A DNA stretch of 21,038 nt, taken from the NCBI GenBank assembly GCA_964019335.1, contig OZ025773.1, positions 1 to 21,038 on the forward strand, in the 5' to 3' direction. The notes under the pieces are model-generated. The model did no database searches, was not told the origin of the DNA, and saw nothing but the letters and a program-made list of their open reading frames with translations. A program made the position numbers and the translations under genes. Of the stretch, positions 1 through 9,396 are shown piece by piece. This DNA is from Diplonema japonicum (lineage: Eukaryota > Protista > Euglenozoa: Diplonemea). Numbering within the stretch: the first letter of the stretch is position 1; every line of letters begins with the position of its first letter.

Positions 1-630
1 CCCCAAGGTGTCCCCAAAGGGGTAGGGTATAGGACCCCCAATATAAGGGGGTACAGAGAGGGGGGTTAGGATAAGGGTCTAATACATAGGGGTTAGTACC
101 AGTGGTTAGACAAGGGGTTAGTTAGTAGACAGTGTGTAGGGGCTAATACCACAGTATACAAGGGATAATGTACTACCCCATACCAGTGGTTACATACTCT
201 CTGCTAACAGTGTGTGTCCCTGGTAACAGTGTGTGTCTCTGCTAACAGGTACTTACTACAGGCCCCCAGACGTGCCCTGCTATGGAATCCCCTGTTATGA
301 GATACCACCACCAGACACCCTACTTGTGCTACCCCCAGAGAACACACTCTTCTGCTGGTGTTCCTGTTAGTTGGTGTTATCCCCAGATGTATAGCTACAC
401 CCTTCTGGAGCACTGCTTGTGCTACTACATGTATTACTACACACTGTCTGTATTACTCTCTGTGTTAGTGTGTAGTGTGTTACTGTACTTAGCTAAACAG
501 TGTGCTTCCTCTTGTATGTTATGGATATCAGTACCTCTGGATATACTCCCCACAGGCCTCCGTACCTCTGCTAACAGGTCCTAGCATCCCTAATCCCAGG
601 ATCTAAGGGTTCCGAGGGGGTCCCAATCTA

Positions 631-741
631 GGGGTTTACGTCCCTGTAGCTATGCAATTCCTGAAACCCTTGTGGGACACTACGGATGAATTCGTAGAAT
701 TACCTCGCTATATCCCCCACGCGCGCGCGCGCGCGTAAGGA
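631..741. repeat. Fourth, dispersed copy of the CpG element ending in (CG)8 (720-735)
   Basis: ggggtttacgtccctgtagc...cctgaaacccttgtgggacactacg...aattacctcgctatatcccccacgcgcgcgcgcgcgcgtaagga closely matches 5390-5494. Confidence 0.88.
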
Positions 742-1650
742 CATGAGTCCATATACAGGTCTCTACACCCTAATCCCCAGGTTAAAGCACCCTTTCTAAG
801 GATACCTCTGTACAGCACACCCGTTATCAGGGGTTACACACTCTCTGCTGTTCTCTGATAATGTGTAGTTACTGTACTTACTGTTATCCCATGCATACTG
901 TGGTATTACGTACTTCACACTGTCTATGTTCCTGTGTTATGGTACTTAGCTAAACAGTGTGTCTGTACTACCACCTGTATATACTCCCCACAGGTATCCC
1001 CAGATGTATAGCCACACCCTTATGGGATGATGTACTTACTATTAACATGTACTTCCATAGTTACTTACTTAGATACACTGTGTGAATACTGGTGCAACAA
1101 CATATTCACTGTGTTACACTGTCTGTACTAATGGTAGCACTACATGTCCCCAATACTACAGTATACAAGGGACTAATGTACTACCTACATATTACTAGAT
1201 ATACCCTGTACACCTAGATACCCCTTTTAGGCCTGAAATGAGGTCCGAGGCTCACCGGGCCTTTTCCCAAAAAGGGGATATCATTTCTCAGAATTGGTCT
1301 GGGACCATTCCCTTGAGTCTTCGAATAGAATGAGGTACCTACCAATAAAGTGGTATTTTGGGTATGCCCATAATCACCCCATATGACCTATCCTCTAGAC
1401 ACCCTACTATCTATGGTAGCACTACATGCCTCCATTGTGCTCTATGCACTACATACTATGTATTCCCTACGTACATACAGTATGTATTGGTGTGCATGAT
1501 ATGGTATACAGTACATGGCACTGCATCCTGTGCATTGGTGCCATTGCCTGTGCTACTAGATATGCCCTGTTCCTATCCTTCGTACTTCTCCAGATTAGTG
1601 GTTTATTTAGTTCTCATGATTCCACTACTTCTGGTATTCCCTCTCTGCAC

Positions 1651-3006
1651 ACCTCTGTACTACTGACAGCACTAGATATCATAGTTAGCACAGTATGTAT
1701 CCCCTGTGCTCTATGCACTGCACAGTATGTATTCCCTATGTACATACAGTATGTATTGGTGTGCATGATATCATATACAGTACATGGCACTGCATCCTGT
1801 GCATTGGTGCCATTGCCTGTGCTACTAGGATATGACGTACTTCCCTAGTTCCATACTCCTGGTATTCTCTGAGTTAGTACTTCTAGTATTCCACAGGTTC
1901 CTCCACTCTCAGGATACCTGTGCTACTGATATCATACTATGTACTAGCCATGATACCTATGACAGTACTACATGCATCCATTGCACATGTAGCACTACAC
2001 AGGATATATGCTCATGCATACTGTGTGTGTACTGGTGGTAGGATATGCTCTATGCCACACACTCAGTGTATTGGTGGCATTGCCTGTGTTAGTACTTCTA
2101 GTATTCCACTGGTTCCATACTCCTGTGTTCTCAGGGAATGGTGCCACTAGATATCTACTGCACAGCTAACATGGCATCTCCTTCTGTACTATGCCATGGT
2201 ATGTACTACAGGATGTACTACATGCATCCATTGCACATGTAGCACTACACAGGATATATGCTCATGCATACTGTGTGTATTGGTGTGCATGATATCATAT
2301 ACAGTACATGGCACCACCACCACAGCTACTGGTGGTATTACCTGTGTTACCAGGGATGTACTACTTCAGGGATTCCCCAAGTTAGTGGTTCTCCTGATTC
2401 CACTGCTTCTCTGGGATCACTACCCTTCTCAGGATACCTCTGTACTACTGACAGCACTAGATATCATAGTTAGCACAGTATGTATCCCCTGTGCTCTATG
2501 CACTACATACTATGTATTCCCTATGTACATACAGTATGTATTGGTGTGCATGATATCATATACAGTACATGGCACTGCATCCTGTGCATTGGTGCCATTG
2601 CCTGTGCTACTAGGATATGACGTACTTCCCTAGTTCCATACTCCTGGTATTCTCTGAGTTAGTACTTCTAGTATTCCACAGGTTCCTCCACTCTCAGGAT
2701 ACCTGTGCTACTGATATCATACTATGTACTAGCCATGATACCTATGACAGTACTACATGCATCCATTGCACATGTAGCACTACACAGGATATATGCTCAT
2801 GCATACTGTGTGTGTACTGGTGGTAGGATATGCTCTATGCCACACACTCAGTGTATTGGTGGCATTGCCTGTGTTAGTACTTCTAGTATTCCACTGGTTC
2901 CATACTCCTGTGTTCTCAGGGAATGGTGCCACTAGATATCTACTGCACAGCTAACATGGCATCTCCTTCTGTACTATGCCATGGTATGTACTACAGGATG
3001 TACTAC
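1651..3006 (+). repeat. ~570-bp near-perfect direct repeat (1651-2221 and 2436-3006, period 785) inside a mosaic of shorter sub-repeats spanning ~1410-3020
   Basis: Identical ORFs at 1832/2617 and 1920/2705. The block acctctgtactactgacagcactagatatc occurs at 1651 and 2436. Type B has a rearranged array with period 1036 (12741/13777). Confidence 0.9.
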
Positions 3007-3269
3007 TGATATCATACTATCTGTATTGGGGATACATCCTCTGTGTGTCTGCCCATACTTAGGATAGTACTGCTTAGAGGTATTCATGCTTAGTTAGTAT
3101 CCTTACCAGCATGTTCTCCTCATTATGAGGTACATGGTTGGTAGAGTATACCGCCACCATCCTCATGAGATGGTATGGCTAGAGAGAGAGCACACCACAT
3201 CCTTGGGATGCATTGGTGTGTGTACTCCTAGGATATACATGCCTGTACTCTCTGTACTTACTACAGTAT

Positions 3270-3485
3270 ATACTACTGATAGCACTGTTGGTGATCATGC
3301 TCTCTATGGTATCTACCACAGTGGGGATCATGGTTAGTGCTAGTAGCCTGTACACCTGATGTGCTATAGCCTTGCTGCTCATACTCAGGTACATGACTAC
3401 CAGGTATCGCATAGCTGATGCTGTTCACACCATGGCTAGAGCTATACTGGTGGATGCACAGCTACTGTCAGCAGCTACAGCTACA
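3270..3485 (+). CDS. nad1: Gene fragment (module): C-terminal part of NADH dehydrogenase subunit 1; ends approximate
   Basis: Manual translation with TGA=Trp (TGA at 3357): ILLIALLVIMLSMVSTTVGIMVSASSLYTWCAIALLLILRYMTTRYRIADAVHTMARAILVDAQLLSAATAT. LILRYMTTRYRIAD resembles the ND1 C-terminal motif (W)IRxxxPRxRYDQ preceded by hydrophobic helices. The sequence is unique to type A. The first in-frame stop is TAA at 3522-3524, beyond a flank repeat. Confidence 0.72.
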
Positions 3486-3537
3486 ATGAGTACTTACCAT
3501 TGTACTTACTACTGATACTACTAACAGTGTCTCTCCT

Positions 3538-3975
3538 TACTGATAGTACTATGGATATACTACTGATAGTACTGGTAGCACTACATGCATTGGCATGAGT
3601 ACTTACCATTGTACTTACTACAGGATATACTCTCTGTAGTACTGGTGGTACAGCTGGTGTCTTCTACGTGATAACAGGTATCCATGGTGGGCATGTTCTT
3701 GTTGGTGCCCTCCTTATCCTGGGATACACTCTCCAGGTACACATGTGAGGAGCATGAAGTGCTTACAGCCTCTCCTCTGTACATGGTGTCCTTTCTGTTA
3801 TCCTCTACTGGCACTTCGTAGATGGTGTCTGGATAACAGTGGTGTTCCTGGTGTACTGAGGACAGCTGTGCATGAGTATGATACTACTGATAGTACTATG
3901 GATATACTACTGATAGTACTGGTAGCACTACATGCATTGGCATGAGTACTTACCATTGTACTTACTACAGGATAT
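3538..3975 (+). repeat. 91-bp direct repeat bracketing the cox3 cassette (3538-3628 and 3885-3975)
   Basis: tactgatagtactatggatatactactgatagtactggtagcactacatgcattggcatgagtacttaccattgtacttactacaggatat occurs on both sides, offset 347. A partial copy follows nad1 at 3486-3511. Confidence 0.92.
3629..3880 (+). CDS. cox3: Gene fragment (module): C-terminal part of cytochrome c oxidase subunit 3; ends approximate
   Basis: Manual translation with TGA=Trp: TLCSTGGTAGVFYVITGIHGGHVLVGALLILGYTLQVHMWGAWSAYSLSSVHGVLSVILYWHFVDGVWITVVFLVYWGQLCMSM. It contains both COX3 hallmarks: F..TG.HG.HV..G (from 3662) and YWHFVD.VW (3806-3832), followed by the terminal YW (TAC TGA, 3854-3859). Confidence 0.95.
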
Positions 3976-4558
3976 CCTATTGATAGTACTACGGATGTAC
4001 TTCCCTAGAGAGCACACCATCATCCTCATGACTAGGATATGGTATGAGATACTCTCTGTAGTACTGGTGGTATTCCCCACAGGCATTGTTGCCTAGGATG
4101 TACACCACCACCATTCCCTTCTCTAGGGATAATGGAGTAGCTACAGTATGAGGTACATGGTTGGTAGAGTATACCGCCACCATCCTCATGACTAGGATAT
4201 GAGGTACATGGTTACTAGAGTATACTGCCAGCATACTCTGTAGATGGTATGGCTAGAGAGCACAGCTGCTCTTCTAGTAGATAATACCTCTACTCTGTAC
4301 ATCCCATGATCCATGCATGACATGATCTATGGTAATGATACCGTTAGTGGTATGCTCCATGATGTCATGGCTAGAGAGATGGTATGTTCTCCCACTCTCT
4401 GGATATGCTGGCATCCTTAGGATGTACCATCATGCCATGATATGATAATACTACTACTATGATAAGTAGGCATACACACTGTGTTAGTGCTAGTACATGT
4501 ATATCATATACTGTATGTACTACTACACAGAGTACTTACATGATAAGTAGTATGCTGG

Positions 4559-5144
4559 TATCTCTACAGACACTCTCAGGATGTGGTGGTGTCTAGAGAT
4601 GGTGGTCCAAGCTAGGGATCCTGGGATCTAGAGGTTGGGTCTCCACCCCTGGGATCCTGGGATCTAGAGAAGGGGTCCCCATCCCCAGGATGATGTCATG
4701 AGGGGATGAGTAGGGTTATGATACCATTAATACAGTTAGTACATCACTATGTAATACTAGTATTATGCATGTACATATATCCTCCGTATGCATGGGATAG
4801 ATATATGATACATACACAGTACTTACATAGTATGTAATGATAGTATTATAGTTATCTCTACAGACACTCTCAGGATGTGGTGGTGTCTAGAGATGGTATC
4901 CAAGCTAGGGATCCTGGGATCTAGAGGTTGGGTCTCCACCCCTGGGATCCTGGGATCTAGAGAAGGGGTCCCCATCCCCAGGATGATGTCATGAGGGGAT
5001 GAGTAGGGTTATGATACCATTAATACAGTTAGTACATCATTATGTAATACTAGTATTATGCATGTACATATATCCCCCGTATACATGGGATAGATATATG
5101 ATACATACACAGTACTTACATAGTATGTAATGATAGTATTATAG
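4559..5144 (+). repeat. Tandem duplication of a ~293-bp block (4559-4851 and 4853-5144); single copy in type B (15973-16264)
   Basis: tatctctacagacactctcaggatg...gatagtattatag occurs twice with a few substitutions. Each block has two internal gggatcctgggatctagag motifs. Confidence 0.92.
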
Positions 5145-5202
5145 GTGGTAATAGGAGGGTATATTGAGGGGTCCCAGAAGGGCTGGATAAGGGGGCATGC
5201 TA

Positions 5203-5494
5203 GGGGTTTACGTCCCTGTAGCCCTCCGATTCCTGAACCCCTTCAGGGCTGTATCGGGTGAATTCGTAGAATTACCCCGTAGGAGCCCTGGAATGGTTTA
5301 CGTCCCTGTAGCCCTCCAATATTGGGACACCTCTCTGGGCTCCTACGGGTGATTTCTGCAAATTAACCCGCTACGTCCCAGAGAATATCTACGTCCCTGT
5401 AGCCCTCCAATTCCTGAAACCCTTGTGGGACACTACGTAAGAATTATGCAAATTACCTCGCTATATCCCCCACGCGCGCGCGCGCGCGTAAGGA
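5203..5494. repeat. Three degenerate ~90-bp CpG-containing repeats ending in (CG)8; candidate control region
   Basis: tacgtccctgtagc at 5209, 5299 and 5390. A perfect 13-bp inverted repeat at 5276-5288/5337-5349. (CG)8 at 5473-5488. Function is inferred only. Confidence 0.8.
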
Positions 5495-8400
5495 TAACTG
5501 TTAGGATAGTAAGGTGCCCCAAGGTGTCCCCAAAGGGGTAGGGTATAGGACCCCCAATATAAGGGGGTACAGAGAGGGGGGTTAGGATAAGGGTCTAATA
5601 CATAGGGGTTAGTACCAGTGGTTAGACAAGGGGTTAGTTAGTAGACAGTGTGTAGGGGCTAATACCACAGTATACAAGGGATAATGTACTACCCCATACC
5701 AGTGGTTACATACTCTCTGCTAACAGTGTGTGTCCCTGGTAACAGTGTGTGTCTCTGCTAACAGGTACTTACTACAGGCCCCCAGACGTGCCCTGCTATG
5801 GAATCCCCTGTTATGAGATACCACCACCAGACACCCTACTTGTGCTACCCCCAGAGAACACACTCTTCTGCTGGTGTTCCTGTTAGTTGGTGTTATCCCC
5901 AGATGTATAGCTACACCCTTCTGGAGCACTGCTTGTGCTACTACATGTATTACTACACACTGTCTGTATTACTCTCTGTGTTAGTGTGTAGTGTGTTACT
6001 GTACTTAGCTAAACAGTGTGCTTCCTCTTGTATGTTATGGATATCAGTACCTCTGGATATACTCCCCACAGGCCTCCGTACCTCTGCTAACAGGTCCTAG
6101 CATCCCTAATCCCAGGATCTAAGGGTTCCGAGGGGGTCCCAATCTAGGGGTTTACGTCCCTGTAGCTATGCAATTCCTGAAACCCTTGTGGGACACTACG
6201 GATGAATTCGTAGAATTACCTCGCTATATCCCCCACGCGCGCGCGCGCGCGTAAGGACATGAGTCCATATACAGGTCTCTACACCCTAATCCCCAGGTTA
6301 AAGCACCCTTTCTAAGGATACCTCTGTACAGCACACCCGTTATCAGGGGTTACACACTCTCTGCTGTTCTCTGATAATGTGTAGTTACTGTACTTACTGT
6401 TATCCCATGCATACTGTGGTATTACGTACTTCACACTGTCTATGTTCCTGTGTTATGGTACTTAGCTAAACAGTGTGTCTGTACTACCACCTGTATATAC
6501 TCCCCACAGGTATCCCCAGATGTATAGCCACACCCTTATGGGATGATGTACTTACTATTAACATGTACTTCCATAGTTACTTACTTAGATACACTGTGTG
6601 AATACTGGTGCAACAACATATTCACTGTGTTACACTGTCTGTACTAATGGTAGCACTACATGTCCCCAATACTACAGTATACAAGGGACTAATGTACTAC
6701 CTACATATTACTAGATATACCCTGTACACCTAGATACCCCTTTTAGGCCTGAAATGAGGTCCGAGGCTCACCGGGCCTTTTCCCAAAAAGGGGATATCAT
6801 TTCTCAGAATTGGTCTGGGACCATTCCCTTGAGTCTTCGAATAGAATGAGGTACCTACCAATAAAGTGGTATTTTGGGTATGCCCATAATCACCCCATAT
6901 GACCTATCCTCTAGACACCCTACTATCTATGGTAGCACTACATGCCTCCATTGTGCTCTATGCACTACATACTATGTATTCCCTACGTACATACAGTATG
7001 TATTGGTGTGCATGATATGGTATACAGTACATGGCACTGCATCCTGTGCATTGGTGCCATTGCCTGTGCTACTAGATATGCCCTGTTCCTATCCTTCGTA
7101 CTTCTCCAGATTAGTGGTTTATTTAGTTCTCATGATTCCACTACTTCTGGTATTCCCTCTCTGCACACCTCTGTACTACTGACAGCACTAGATATCATAG
7201 TTAGCACAGTATGTATCCCCTGTGCTCTATGCACTGCACAGTATGTATTCCCTATGTACATACAGTATGTATTGGTGTGCATGATATCATATACAGTACA
7301 TGGCACTGCATCCTGTGCATTGGTGCCATTGCCTGTGCTACTAGGATATGACGTACTTCCCTAGTTCCATACTCCTGGTATTCTCTGAGTTAGTACTTCT
7401 AGTATTCCACAGGTTCCTCCACTCTCAGGATACCTGTGCTACTGATATCATACTATGTACTAGCCATGATACCTATGACAGTACTACATGCATCCATTGC
7501 ACATGTAGCACTACACAGGATATATGCTCATGCATACTGTGTGTGTACTGGTGGTAGGATATGCTCTATGCCACACACTCAGTGTATTGGTGGCATTGCC
7601 TGTGTTAGTACTTCTAGTATTCCACTGGTTCCATACTCCTGTGTTCTCAGGGAATGGTGCCACTAGATATCTACTGCACAGCTAACATGGCATCTCCTTC
7701 TGTACTATGCCATGGTATGTACTACAGGATGTACTACATGCATCCATTGCACATGTAGCACTACACAGGATATATGCTCATGCATACTGTGTGTATTGGT
7801 GTGCATGATATCATATACAGTACATGGCACCACCACCACAGCTACTGGTGGTATTACCTGTGTTACCAGGGATGTACTACTTCAGGGATTCCCCAAGTTA
7901 GTGGTTCTCCTGATTCCACTGCTTCTCTGGGATCACTACCCTTCTCAGGATACCTCTGTACTACTGACAGCACTAGATATCATAGTTAGCACAGTATGTA
8001 TCCCCTGTGCTCTATGCACTACATACTATGTATTCCCTATGTACATACAGTATGTATTGGTGTGCATGATATCATATACAGTACATGGCACTGCATCCTG
8101 TGCATTGGTGCCATTGCCTGTGCTACTAGGATATGACGTACTTCCCTAGTTCCATACTCCTGGTATTCTCTGAGTTAGTACTTCTAGTATTCCACAGGTT
8201 CCTCCACTCTCAGGATACCTGTGCTACTGATATCATACTATGTACTAGCCATGATACCTATGACAGTACTACATGCATCCATTGCACATGTAGCACTACA
8301 CAGGATATATGCTCATGCATACTGTGTGTGTACTGGTGGTAGGATATGCTCTATGCCACACACTCAGTGTATTGGTGGCATTGCCTGTGTTAGTACTTCT

Positions 8401-8785
8401 AGTATTCCACTGGTTCCATACTCCTGTGTTCTCAGGGAATGGTGCCACTAGATATCTACTGCACAGCTAACATGGCATCTCCTTCTGTACTATGCCATGG
8501 TATGTACTACAGGATGTACTACTGATATCATACTATCTGTATTGGGGATACATCCTCTGTGTGTCTGCCCATACTTAGGATAGTACTGCTTAGAGGTATT
8601 CATGCTTAGTTAGTATCCTTACCAGCATGTTCTCCTCATTATGAGGTACATGGTTGGTAGAGTATACCGCCACCATCCTCATGAGATGGTATGGCTAGAG
8701 AGAGAGCACACCACATCCTTGGGATGCATTGGTGTGTGTACTCCTAGGATATACATGCCTGTACTCTCTGTACTTACTACAGTAT

Positions 8786-9001
8786 ATACTACTGATAGCA
8801 CTGTTGGTGATCATGCTCTCTATGGTATCTACCACAGTGGGGATCATGGTTAGTGCTAGTAGCCTGTACACCTGATGTGCTATAGCCTTGCTGCTCATAC
8901 TCAGGTACATGACTACCAGGTATCGCATAGCTGATGCTGTTCACACCATGGCTAGAGCTATACTGGTGGATGCACAGCTACTGTCAGCAGCTACAGCTAC
9001 A
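8786..9001 (+). CDS. nad1: Second copy of the nad1 C-terminal module
   Basis: Same sequence as 3270-3485 at +5516. Confidence 0.72.
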
Positions 9002-9144
9002 ATGAGTACTTACCATTGTACTTACTACTGATACTACTAACAGTGTCTCTCCTTACTGATAGTACTATGGATATACTACTGATAGTACTGGTAGCACTAC
9101 ATGCATTGGCATGAGTACTTACCATTGTACTTACTACAGGATAT

Positions 9145-9396
9145 ACTCTCTGTAGTACTGGTGGTACAGCTGGTGTCTTCTACGTGATAACAGGTATCCA
9201 TGGTGGGCATGTTCTTGTTGGTGCCCTCCTTATCCTGGGATACACTCTCCAGGTACACATGTGAGGAGCATGAAGTGCTTACAGCCTCTCCTCTGTACAT
9301 GGTGTCCTTTCTGTTATCCTCTACTGGCACTTCGTAGATGGTGTCTGGATAACAGTGGTGTTCCTGGTGTACTGAGGACAGCTGTGCATGAGTATG
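9145..9396 (+). CDS. cox3: Second copy of the cox3 C-terminal module
   Basis: Same sequence as 3629-3880 at +5516. Confidence 0.95.

Larger units (their letters stand above)
1..5516. repeat. Type A chromosome unit, copy 1 (probable 5516-bp circular mitochondrial chromosome: constant region plus nad1 and cox3 cassettes)
   Basis: The start ccccaaggtgtccccaaagggg at position 1 recurs at 5517. All ORFs recur with an exact +5516 offset and identical translations. Circularity is inferred from the head-to-tail repetition and from known diplonemid mtDNA architecture. Confidence 0.9.

Noticed and set aside
1-140. Kinetoplastid minicircle interpretation (GGGGTTA motifs resembling the universal minicircle sequence)
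   Set aside because: No exact GGGGTTGGTGTA was seen, no phased A-tract bend is present, and the cargo is directly translatable protein fragments rather than guide RNAs.
1229-1280. Possible hammerhead ribozyme (ctgaaatgag followed by a stem)
   Set aside because: The core is not CUGANGA and there is no GAAA after the stem.
204-2935. Many Cys/Tyr/Val/Thr-rich ORFs of 69-145 aa (and their copies in the other units)
   Set aside because: They lie in repeats of the constant region, overlap in several frames, are frameshifted between types A and B, and show no recognisable motif.
3179-3814. Minus-strand ORFs 3179-3412 and 3581-3814, ORF 14958-15161, and + strand ORF 3745-3945
   Set aside because: These are antisense or off-frame shadows of the nad1, cox3 and nad7 modules, extending into repeats, with no recognisable motif. 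Nested modules exist in diplonemids, so RNA data would be needed to exclude them fully.
3486-3975. Repeat-unique-repeat layout resembling a CRISPR array or integron cassettes
   Set aside because: The intervening sequences are ~250-bp mitochondrial gene fragments, there are only 2-3 repeats, and no cas or integrase gene is present.
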